This document shows, one piece after another, positions 17,119 through 26,562 of a stretch of 64,000 nucleotides of DNA (position 1 is the first letter of the stretch; each line of letters begins with the position of its first letter). A program made the position numbers and the translations under genes. Source of the stretch: an uncultured virus (IMG/VR IMGVR_UViG_3300030372_003010) (lineage: Duplodnaviria; Heunggongvirae; Uroviricota; Caudoviricetes); the IMG/VR virus record IMGVR_UViG_3300030372_003010; one strand, written 5' to 3'. The notes under the pieces were generated by a model that did not search any database, was not told the DNA's origin, and was given only the letters and a program-made list of their open reading frames with translations.

Positions 17119-17780
17119 GCACAACAGTTGGAGAAGCAATATCTAGAGTAAGAAATACTCTTAAAGCTGTTAAGGAAGATCCTTTCTTAACTGATAGAAC
17201 TATTTACTATTCTATTCTTAAATACGGTCAGTCTCTTATGAAGAGAGAAGATAACCAACTTAGGTTAATGAAGATTAGCAATATTTTTAAAACAATGCCT
17301 TATGTTGAACTTATTGAAGTAGATAAGGTAGATGCTGCTTGTTATGGGGTATACTCAGGATGTTATTTTAAAAGAACAAAAGAAAAGCTTCCAAATCTTT
17401 TAACTGGTATACAGGGACCTATATTTAGAACAGTATCTTCAATTGACGGTTCTAAAGAATTATTTAGAACTGATCCCGGTACTTTTGTTTCTATGACTAA
17501 AACTACAACTTTTAAATATAATAAAAGACAATACTTTTGGTTTCTTGACGGCTATCTATACTTTCCTAACTTAGAATGGGATGCAGTTAAAATTGAAGCA
17601 ATATTTGAGAATGATGTTGAAACATGTGACTCTGATAAGTGCATTATACGTCAAGACCAATCATTAAATATACCAGACTATTTATTTTCTGAAATAGAAC
17701 AATACGTAGTAAAAGAATTAACCATGACCATGCAAGTTCCTACAGATGGACAGGATGATGGACAAAATACACTTAGATAA
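17115..17780 (+). CDS. Tail ring / adaptor protein
   Basis: 221 aa; YFWFLDGYLYFPN and IEAIFE motifs; synteny within the tail module. Confidence 0.5.
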   Translation: MSTTVGEAISRVRNTLKAVKEDPFLTDRTIYYSILKYGQSLMKREDNQLRLMKISNIFKTMPYVELIEVDKVDAACYGVYSGCYFKRTKEKLPNLLTGIQGPIFRTVSSIDGSKELFRTDPGTFVSMTKTTTFKYNKRQYFWFLDGYLYFPNLEWDAVKIEAIFENDVETCDSDKCIIRQDQSLNIPDYLFSEIEQYVVKELTMTMQVPTDGQDDGQNTLR

Positions 17781-18814
17781 TGGATTATAACTATACTTTA
17801 AAATATAGAACCTTTGATCAACTTTTAGAAGATGTAACTGTAGATTTAAGTTCATTAGCTTTAGAAAATATGATTGAGCCGCAGCAGCTAATTAAGCTTG
17901 CTAAAAAACTTAATTATGATTTAGGGCTTAGAATTAATCAACAAAAAGAGGTTATACTTGATGTTTGTCATGGTAAAGTAAAACTACCTGATGACTTTTA
18001 TACATTCAACTATGCATTAATTTGCGGAGACTATGAAAGAAAAATTGGTTATGATGGTATAGCTGGGGGAACTACTATGATAGAAGTACCAATTACAACA
18101 GGCACTCTTCCTGTAACATATGATGACTTTCCAAAAGATGTTCCTGATCCTTGTGATACAAATGAACCAACACCTTGTTGCGATGATAAAGGTAATGAAG
18201 GCACGTGTTTGGTTAATAATCCTAATAAACCTTATGGAGATGCTAATGTAAAACCTAGAGTTTTTATGAACTGTAAGGGAGAATCTTATGAATTAATTCA
18301 AGTAATTAATGCTTCAGAAACTTTACTATATAAACAACTGCTTCCTTTGAAAATGAAGGCTAGTCAGAATATTGATTGTGAGTGTCCCAACTTATATCAT
18401 AATACTGAAAATGAAGGTTGGATTAAACATGGATTTCTTTTTACAAACTTTAAAACAGGTAAAGTATATTTAAACTACCAAGGTCAGATGGAAGATGAAG
18501 AAGGTAACTTGCTAGTACCTGATCATGATCTAATAAATGAATATTATGAATATGCATTTAAATCTAGAATTCTTGAAAATCTTTATATGAATGGTGAAGA
18601 TGTTGCTCAAAGAATGCAACTTGTTGAACAAAGATTGAGAGGCGCTAGAAATAATGCATTAAGCGTAGTTAATACACCTAACTTTAGAGAGTTAAAAGAA
18701 ATAACAAATGCTAATAGAAAAGCAATGTATGCTAGGTATTACAACATGTTTAGTTCTCATTCTCCAAATTTAATTAATAGACGTGTAAGACATAATATTC
18801 ACAGCAATGGCTAA
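17780..18814 (+). CDS. Tail tubular protein
   Basis: VKLPDDF, TNFKTGKVYLNY and DEEGNLLVPD motifs; directly upstream of the stabilisation/muzzle gene, as in crAss-like phages. Confidence 0.6.
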   Translation: MDYNYTLKYRTFDQLLEDVTVDLSSLALENMIEPQQLIKLAKKLNYDLGLRINQQKEVILDVCHGKVKLPDDFYTFNYALICGDYERKIGYDGIAGGTTMIEVPITTGTLPVTYDDFPKDVPDPCDTNEPTPCCDDKGNEGTCLVNNPNKPYGDANVKPRVFMNCKGESYELIQVINASETLLYKQLLPLKMKASQNIDCECPNLYHNTENEGWIKHGFLFTNFKTGKVYLNYQGQMEDEEGNLLVPDHDLINEYYEYAFKSRILENLYMNGEDVAQRMQLVEQRLRGARNNALSVVNTPNFRELKEITNANRKAMYARYYNMFSSHSPNLINRRVRHNIHSNG

Positions 18815-21800
18815 ACAAAGGAAACAAGGAAAAACTCCTAATACAGGAAATGTCCAAACTAATACTTTTATTAAAGGGTTAAATAAAGATTCTGATCCTT
18901 CTTTTGTAAAAGCTGGAATGTGGACACATGCTAGAAATGCTAGCAATAATACATCTAGTGGAGATTTAGGAACTGTTTCTAATGAAGAGTCAAATGCTTT
19001 ATGTGCTAAAGCAATGTTTGCATCTACAGGTACTAATAAAGATATTATTGGTACAATACATTTATATAGCGATAAGTGGGTAATATACAGTGTACAGTAT
19101 GATGCCCTAGGTTCAAATGTAATAGCATCTGAAATAGGATTATTTGAAGAAGATCCTTGTAGATATAGAGTTATAGTAAATGATAAATGTTTAAACTTTG
19201 ATAAGTTATATTTAATTACAGGAGCATCTAGATTATTAGATAATTGTTCATGGCAAGTATATTGGGCTGACAATTTTAACCCTGATAGATATATGAATAT
19301 TGGAGATCCAAAACTTTGGATTGACGAACCTTTTACATACATGAATGGTCAACCAGGTTCAGCTACAGTAAATTACTACACAAATGGAGCTACTCAAGTA
19401 TTATGGCCAGGAGTGATTTGGGAGAAAGATTTACAAAATCCATTAACTCCAGATCCATGTGAAACTTACCCAGATTCAAATAAAGTAGATTGTGATAAAT
19501 TAAGATTAGCAAGATTGCTTAAAACTCCTTCTACTAATATTAAACGTGGAGAACAACCCGGATCCTTACCTAATGGATCTTATGCAGTAGCAATTGCATA
19601 TACTATAGATCAAGTAAGGGTAACTAATTATTTTTCTGTGGGTCATCCTCAACCTATTTATTATGATCCAGATTTAAGAGGATCTTTAGATATAGAAATT
19701 GATGTAGATGAAGAAGCTTTTGATGAATTTGAATTAGTTGTTGTAAGGTTTACTAATCAAAATGAAGATAACAAAATTATAGGTTTTTACTCAACTAAAA
19801 CAAAAAGAGTTATAGTAGATTTATTTAATGATCAGTTTGAACCCGTAGATAAATTAACCATTTTAAATAGAGATTATGTGTTTGAAAAATCAGAGCAAAT
19901 GCTTTCTGCAAACAACTATCTATTAAGAATCGGACCTACTTCTAAATTTAATTTTAATTATCAACCTTTAGCAAATTTAATTGAGGCAGAATGGGTATCT
20001 GTAGAATATGATGAAAAGTATTATACAGATGGAGGAAAGAATGCAGGTTATTTAAGAGATGAGATATATGCATTCTTCATAAGATGGGTATATGATACAG
20101 GGGATAAGTCTGCATCATATCATATTCCGGGTAGACCTCCGGGAGATTATGTAACTCCGGCAGGTGTATCAACAACAGACATAGCTACTCTTGATGATCA
20201 GAACAGTGTAGGTACAACTCCATTATATGAAGACAATCAAATCTTTCATGTACTAAATACAGCCACACAAACTTCATCAGCTATAGAACCATTAGAGGAT
20301 GGTGGTCAAATAATTGCAGCTGGTAAAATGGGTTACTGGCAGTCAAGTGAATTCTATCCTGATAACCAACCTGAAATATGGAACTCTAGTTCTCAGTGTT
20401 GGACAGGTGTACCTCTACCACCCACTAATGATCCTCCTAATGCTCCTAGTCGTAGATTTGATTTATGTGGAAAACCTATAAGACATCATAGGTTTCCAGA
20501 TAATGATTTAACAGAATCTACTTATCACTTTAAAAAGAATAGTGACGGGCAGTTTAAGATTAGACTTATGGGAGTAAGATTTAAGAATATCATTATGCCA
20601 AAAGATAATGATGGTAATGATATTCCTAATGTAGTTGGATATGAAATTTTAAGAGGTTCTAGAAATGGTAATAAAACTATTCTAGCTAAAGGTATGATAA
20701 ATAACTTTAGAAACTATAGCATAAAGGGAAGCCCAGAAAGTATTGATAATACGCCTACAATAGGTCTTTATGCAAACTATCCATATAACTGTTTAATACC
20801 TAGAGCTAATCAAGGTGTGTTTACAGGTCGTGCTGATTATTTATATAATGATCCTTTCATGCTTAGAAGAGCTGTACCCTCAGATGCTGCAAAGGATGGT
20901 AAAAGAATAGCTCAAAATATTCCTATAGACATACAATCATTTCATTCACCAGATACAAGTTATAATAATCCCGCTCTTACCGCATCTGAATTAAAAGTTT
21001 ATGGGTTTTTAAAAGGTAAAGCTGTTCAACAGTTTATTGAACCAGAAAAACATCCAGAGTTTAAATTGCTTGGAAATGAAATATTGCTTATTACTATATT
21101 AGGCGGTTTAATTAATGTAATTCTAAATGTAACGGGAGAGCTTAATATAAACTATCCAGAAGTAAATTATACTGTTCCTAGATATCCTGTAATGGCAGGA
21201 AGTAGTACAACAGGTCTATCATTTCCAGATCCTGGAGGGCCTCCCCCTGGACCTCCAGCTCTTCCTGGTGGTTTGACAGGTTTAGTAGCAGGTAATGTAT
21301 CATTAGGAACATATATGAATACGGCATTACCTGGATATATTAACGGTGGTGGATTTTTTACTGATGTTATAGCTGGTGGAAACGGTTTAGTAACTGCACA
21401 AACGGCAGCATCAAATGCAATTAGTGGCGCAACAGGTCAACTAACATTACCAGGATATGATAAAACTTACACAGCATACCAGTTATTACCTGCAATTTTT
21501 ACAAACGCAAATGCTATAGGTAACCTTATTCCTGGGTTCACTATGTTAGGTCAGTCTGTATATTATTTTGCAGAAGGAGCTAAAGATACTGTAGATGTAT
21601 TATATTCAATAGTTAGAACTAGGCAGTATGCTCTTCAAGGAATTGGTCATGGTGAGTATACTAAATTTCGCCCTTCAAACAGTAATGAAAACTGGGATAA
21701 TGTAAATAGATTTAGATTACCTGTGGGATCATATGTAAAAGATCAGGTATTTCAGTTTCCTACATATCAAGCTCAAAATTATAATTATAGTTTTCCTTAT

Positions 21801-24374
21801 TCAACATATAATGGTGAGGTAAATTATAGAATAAATAATTTATTAAGACCTGAATTAGTTGTACTTAGAACTACAGATGATGATGAAAATCCAGATGGTC
21901 CAAACTTTCTTACTACCGGTGTTGCTGGTATAAACTTTCAGTTTATTAAAAGTGTTGACCAATCCTCTATGACTTTAGGTTTAGTTCAAAAAGATATAGG
22001 TTTAGGTTGGAAAGATTTATTTTTAGATGGAGAAGCTTTTAGAGAAAACAATAAATCAAATGAGTTTGAAACAATAATTGCAAGTCATTATGTAGGTTTA
22101 AAATATACATTTAGAAATTTATATAGACAACTAGGATCTATCATTCAAGTTATGACAACTCCTCATGAACAAAGAATAGATTTTAGAGAAAACTTGCCAG
22201 ATCCTAATACTATACAAATATCCTCTCTTCCTAATGTTTGTGGTAGTTTAAGTTTTGAACATACTAAAATAAAAACCACTCCTGCATTTTTTGGAGGAGA
22301 TACTTATGTCACAAGACATACTGAAAAAACTATGATGCCTTTCTTCTATGAATGGCTTTATGATAAACCAGATAATACTAGGTTTAATTATTTTAGAAGA
22401 CAAATGATTCCTGAACCTAGATTTATGGTTAACAGCAATAGATGGGATATAAGTGATCTAAATTTTGATAACTTACTAAATATATTTCAAGCGGGTTCTT
22501 CTGGTGTAGGTGAAGGATTATTTCCAAGATCTTATTACAACTTAGACGCTCCTCCACCTTTTGGTTATGATGAAGCATTTAATTTTGTTACTAGATATCC
22601 TGGTTTAATAGGTGTAAAGAATTCATATTTCTATACATCAGTAAGTGGTATAAAAGACTTCTTTGTAGAAAGTGAAGTAATTACAGACTGGAGATTTGCA
22701 GGTAGAAGTGCTGAAGAAAAGTCTTATAACAAATGGTTGTTTACAGATCTGCAACAATTGTTTAGTCAGAACCCTGCTATATTTACCAAAGGTAATTTTT
22801 TTAGATATGATTATTCTTTAAGTGCGTCAAGATTCTTATTTAGTCAGTACTACAATAATGGAGCTTTACAAGGAACTAATTATGATCCAGAAACAGCTGA
22901 ACTGTGTTATACAAGTTTTCCAAATAGAATTCAATATTCAAAACCTTTACAAGAGCATGAAGCTTATGATTCATGGTTAATGTTCTTGGCTTTGAATAAA
23001 GTAGATTTTAAAAGTGAATTAAATACCGTTAAGACATTTGGTAAAACAGGTTTGTTAGTTACATTTAAAAATAACAGTCCTCTGGTATTCCAAGGTGTAG
23101 ATCAAAGAGAAACTTATTTAGGAGTTAAAGCTACTATAGGTGATGGTGGATTATTTGCTACTACGCCTCAAAATGTAGTAGTATCAGATCAACCTTATCA
23201 ATATGGTTCTTGCCAAGATATATATTCTGTAATATCTACTCCAGCAGGTATATACTTTATATCACAAGAGCAAGGTAAAATCTTTGCTTATACAGGAAAA
23301 CTAGAAGAGATATCTCAAACTGGAATGAAGTGGTGGTTTGATAAATTTTTACCATTTAAGCTTTTAGAAGAGTTTCCAAATTATCCTCATACAAATAATC
23401 CTGTAGCGGGTATAGGCTGTTCTGCAACTTATGATAACTCAAATTCTGTTTTGTACTTTTCTAAAAGAGACTTCATGGTTAAAAAAGAATTTGTAGGAAT
23501 TCTTGATTTTGACCCAAGTACAAATAGATTTAAATTAAAAGATCAAGTTAATTATACTATAACATTAGGAGATTCTAGATTTTTTAAAGATGCGTCTTGG
23601 ACAGTAAGTTATGATCCTAAAAATAAATTATGGATTTCATTCCATGATTGGAACCCTGGTTTATACATACCAAGTAAAGGACATTTCCTTACTACTAAAA
23701 AAGATGGTATATGGAAACATAATAGTGCTTGTAATGATTACTGTAATTTTTACGGTGTGCAATATCCTTTTGAAATAGAGATACCTGTACCAACGGGACA
23801 AACAGTTACCACTATGAGAAGTATTGAATATGTTCTTGAATGTTATAGAAAAGATATTCAACTATGTAGCGATCAGTTCCATGTATTAGATTATAATTTT
23901 AATAAAGCTATAATTAGTAACTCAGAACAGGCTTCAGGAATTCTTAACTTAAATATATTCCCAAAGAATAATGTAGCTTTATCTCAAACATATCCTAAAC
24001 TAGGATCTAACCTTGCTTCATTTGATATATTATTTTCAAAAGAAGAAAACAAATATAGATTTAATCAGTTCTGGGATATTACTAAAGATAGAGGAGAGTT
24101 TCCTCAAGGATCTGATTATCCTCCTACAGGACCATTAATTCCAGGTACAACTGAACTTTTAGGAAGTTATCCTCAAAATAATATATGGATTACTGAACCT
24201 AATGGTTATGTAAAAAATCTAAATGACTTTAATCTTAACTATAGTAAACCATTACTACAAAGAAAGAAGTTTAGACATTACTTAAACTTTGTTAAGTTAA
24301 TTAGAGATGATTCACGAAATACAAACATGATCCTAAAGATTGTAAATACTAAATCCCAATTAAGTCAGAGATAA
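18807..24374 (+). CDS. Tail stabilisation / muzzle protein
   Basis: 1855 aa; KGLNKD...ARNA N-terminus, YLRDEIYAF, FGGDTY, and a beta-propeller-like C-terminus with WTVSY...WISFHDW. Confidence 0.7.
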   Translation: MAKQRKQGKTPNTGNVQTNTFIKGLNKDSDPSFVKAGMWTHARNASNNTSSGDLGTVSNEESNALCAKAMFASTGTNKDIIGTIHLYSDKWVIYSVQYDALGSNVIASEIGLFEEDPCRYRVIVNDKCLNFDKLYLITGASRLLDNCSWQVYWADNFNPDRYMNIGDPKLWIDEPFTYMNGQPGSATVNYYTNGATQVLWPGVIWEKDLQNPLTPDPCETYPDSNKVDCDKLRLARLLKTPSTNIKRGEQPGSLPNGSYAVAIAYTIDQVRVTNYFSVGHPQPIYYDPDLRGSLDIEIDVDEEAFDEFELVVVRFTNQNEDNKIIGFYSTKTKRVIVDLFNDQFEPVDKLTILNRDYVFEKSEQMLSANNYLLRIGPTSKFNFNYQPLANLIEAEWVSVEYDEKYYTDGGKNAGYLRDEIYAFFIRWVYDTGDKSASYHIPGRPPGDYVTPAGVSTTDIATLDDQNSVGTTPLYEDNQIFHVLNTATQTSSAIEPLEDGGQIIAAGKMGYWQSSEFYPDNQPEIWNSSSQCWTGVPLPPTNDPPNAPSRRFDLCGKPIRHHRFPDNDLTESTYHFKKNSDGQFKIRLMGVRFKNIIMPKDNDGNDIPNVVGYEILRGSRNGNKTILAKGMINNFRNYSIKGSPESIDNTPTIGLYANYPYNCLIPRANQGVFTGRADYLYNDPFMLRRAVPSDAAKDGKRIAQNIPIDIQSFHSPDTSYNNPALTASELKVYGFLKGKAVQQFIEPEKHPEFKLLGNEILLITILGGLINVILNVTGELNINYPEVNYTVPRYPVMAGSSTTGLSFPDPGGPPPGPPALPGGLTGLVAGNVSLGTYMNTALPGYINGGGFFTDVIAGGNGLVTAQTAASNAISGATGQLTLPGYDKTYTAYQLLPAIFTNANAIGNLIPGFTMLGQSVYYFAEGAKDTVDVLYSIVRTRQYALQGIGHGEYTKFRPSNSNENWDNVNRFRLPVGSYVKDQVFQFPTYQAQNYNYSFPYSTYNGEVNYRINNLLRPELVVLRTTDDDENPDGPNFLTTGVAGINFQFIKSVDQSSMTLGLVQKDIGLGWKDLFLDGEAFRENNKSNEFETIIASHYVGLKYTFRNLYRQLGSIIQVMTTPHEQRIDFRENLPDPNTIQISSLPNVCGSLSFEHTKIKTTPAFFGGDTYVTRHTEKTMMPFFYEWLYDKPDNTRFNYFRRQMIPEPRFMVNSNRWDISDLNFDNLLNIFQAGSSGVGEGLFPRSYYNLDAPPPFGYDEAFNFVTRYPGLIGVKNSYFYTSVSGIKDFFVESEVITDWRFAGRSAEEKSYNKWLFTDLQQLFSQNPAIFTKGNFFRYDYSLSASRFLFSQYYNNGALQGTNYDPETAELCYTSFPNRIQYSKPLQEHEAYDSWLMFLALNKVDFKSELNTVKTFGKTGLLVTFKNNSPLVFQGVDQRETYLGVKATIGDGGLFATTPQNVVVSDQPYQYGSCQDIYSVISTPAGIYFISQEQGKIFAYTGKLEEISQTGMKWWFDKFLPFKLLEEFPNYPHTNNPVAGIGCSATYDNSNSVLYFSKRDFMVKKEFVGILDFDPSTNRFKLKDQVNYTITLGDSRFFKDASWTVSYDPKNKLWISFHDWNPGLYIPSKGHFLTTKKDGIWKHNSACNDYCNFYGVQYPFEIEIPVPTGQTVTTMRSIEYVLECYRKDIQLCSDQFHVLDYNFNKAIISNSEQASGILNLNIFPKNNVALSQTYPKLGSNLASFDILFSKEENKYRFNQFWDITKDRGEFPQGSDYPPTGPLIPGTTELLGSYPQNNIWITEPNGYVKNLNDFNLNYSKPLLQRKKFRHYLNFVKLIRDDSRNTNMILKIVNTKSQLSQR

Positions 24375-26560
24375 TGAAATTTAAGAAAAGTAAATACGGA
24401 CAGTGGGAGTTTCCTGGAGAGAATACATTAATTCCAAATGTAGGGGGAAGCATAACTATGAAAGGAGTAAACTATCCTGTATTAGGTATTGATGATGAAG
24501 GTAATCAACAAATGATGATGCCTGGTTATGATTATCAATTTCCGGGAAATTCTGTTTATGAAATACCAATGTATGATAATGGTGGGAATGTATCTTGGAA
24601 CTTTAAGGGTAAAACATATTCAGGAACTTTAATACCTAGTATGGAAACTGATAAGGCTAGATATGCTAGAACTCATAATGGTAATATAAAGACATTACCT
24701 AAAAGAAATCTTGGAGGATCTTTAGAATTTATAGACGTGGAACTCACTGAAAAGGAAGCTGATGAATATGCAAAAGGAGGTTATATTTTAGAAGAGCTAA
24801 ATGAAGGTGGAGAACTTCCTAAAGCTCAATTTGGTATACCAGGTGTAATAGATATGCAATCTATTCCAAAACCTGAAGAGCCTAAGCCTGATAAGAATTT
24901 GCTGGATGGAGCTAATGAGAGTTTAACAAATTGGGCTGATGAAAACCGTAAGGATATACTTAGAGGACTTGGAGAGTGGACAGGTTGGTATCCACATTCA
25001 AAATATAATAAAATATATTTTGATGTAGAAGATTATAATAAGAGAGAAGATGAGAAAAGAAGAAAACGTATTTTTAAAGAAGCTACAAAAAAAGGAGTGT
25101 CATCACCATGTAACGAAGGTATGATATATGATCATCAAACTAAAAACTGCATTAGTGAGGAAGAATATTTTGAAAAATATCCAAGAACAGAAAAAATCAA
25201 TAAAGCTATTAAAGAAGCTAATGAAAGTTTTCCTAAAGATGTACAATGGTTTAGAGATTATATGAATTCTCCTATGTATAAGCAAATGCTTATGCAATCA
25301 ATGGAAGCTGATTTTGAAAAAGATGTTGCTGATGGTAAACCAAGAGTATCTCCTCAGCGGGGTGCTCAATCTATAGCTGAACAAAGAATGTTTAATTTAT
25401 CAAATATGCCAGCTCCTAAGTATAGACAGAAAATGATACATGATCAAGATACTCATGAAGAAATTCCTGATCCCGACCAGCCAATTGCTTGGATTGAACA
25501 TTCTGGACAAGTTGGTCATAATCCTGAAAACTTAGAACATTATGGTCATTCCAATATACATGAGATTAGTCATTCTACAGATATATCTTTAGAAAATTCT
25601 GGTAGGTTAATTCCTGATTCTGATATAGCTTATATGGATAAAGCTGCGGCTAAGAAATATTATAGAAGTCCTGCTTGGTATAAAAGAAGAAAACAGTTTG
25701 AAGATGAAGGATGGTTTCCTGAAGGTGTAGATACTCCTAGAAAACAATGGCAATGGTATAAAAAAAAGTATCCTGATTATGTAAAACGTAAGGAAAGGAC
25801 AATGAATTATGTTGAAAGACCCACTGAGACTAGAGCAAGATTAATGGAGATTAGACAAGTAGCTCAAAAGGCAGGCATATATGATCCTTTTACACAAAAA
25901 GTAGATAAGAAAGCTTATAAAAAACTAAAAAGATTAAAAAATCCTTATGACGGAGAACGGCTTGATCCTATGGATCAACTTAAAAAATCATACAGTGATG
26001 AAGAGATAATGTGGATGTTAAATAATATATCTAAAAATGAAGCTCCACAAGTAGAAGGGGATGATATGCAAATGGCAAAAGAAGGAATGTTTCTAGATAT
26101 AGAACTTACAAAAGATGAAGCTGCAGAATACGCAAAAGGTGGATATATACTAGAAGAGATGGAAGAAGGTGAACGTAAGAAAAAAGGTTATAGAAGAGTT
26201 TATGAAGAAGATTCAGGATCTACAGAGTTTGGAGAAAGAAAAGTAGTTGATGTATATAGACCAAATAGAGGAGTAAGTAAAACCTTAACTAAAGATATTA
26301 CTTATAAAACAGAAGATACACCTAGAGTTAAATTTACTGAAAGAGAAGTTACACGTAGATATAAAGATGGAAGTATTAAATCATATAAAAATATTAGACG
26401 TAAAAATGGAAAACTTATTGAAGATGCTTCAACAAAGAAAGTAAAATATAAGAAAGGTGTAAAATATAAGAAAGGTGGTGAGCATAAAATAGGAGATGAA
26501 ATAGATGAAGCTACTATGAGAAGATTAAAGAAACAAGGTTATACATTTGAAAAGATATAA
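24374..26560 (+). CDS. Modular cargo protein with a zincin metalloprotease domain
   Basis: HEISH (25559-25573) plus downstream PTETRARL; N-terminal ITMKGV domain; repeated xxGG motifs and tag domains. Confidence 0.6.
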   Translation: MKFKKSKYGQWEFPGENTLIPNVGGSITMKGVNYPVLGIDDEGNQQMMMPGYDYQFPGNSVYEIPMYDNGGNVSWNFKGKTYSGTLIPSMETDKARYARTHNGNIKTLPKRNLGGSLEFIDVELTEKEADEYAKGGYILEELNEGGELPKAQFGIPGVIDMQSIPKPEEPKPDKNLLDGANESLTNWADENRKDILRGLGEWTGWYPHSKYNKIYFDVEDYNKREDEKRRKRIFKEATKKGVSSPCNEGMIYDHQTKNCISEEEYFEKYPRTEKINKAIKEANESFPKDVQWFRDYMNSPMYKQMLMQSMEADFEKDVADGKPRVSPQRGAQSIAEQRMFNLSNMPAPKYRQKMIHDQDTHEEIPDPDQPIAWIEHSGQVGHNPENLEHYGHSNIHEISHSTDISLENSGRLIPDSDIAYMDKAAAKKYYRSPAWYKRRKQFEDEGWFPEGVDTPRKQWQWYKKKYPDYVKRKERTMNYVERPTETRARLMEIRQVAQKAGIYDPFTQKVDKKAYKKLKRLKNPYDGERLDPMDQLKKSYSDEEIMWMLNNISKNEAPQVEGDDMQMAKEGMFLDIELTKDEAAEYAKGGYILEEMEEGERKKKGYRRVYEEDSGSTEFGERKVVDVYRPNRGVSKTLTKDITYKTEDTPRVKFTEREVTRRYKDGSIKSYKNIRRKNGKLIEDASTKKVKYKKGVKYKKGGEHKIGDEIDEATMRRLKKQGYTFEKI
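26441..26476 (+). repeat. Perfect 18-nt tandem duplication GTAAAATATAAGAAAGGT x2 (VKYKKG)
   Basis: Seen directly in the sequence. Confidence 0.85.
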
Positions 26561-26562
26561 TA

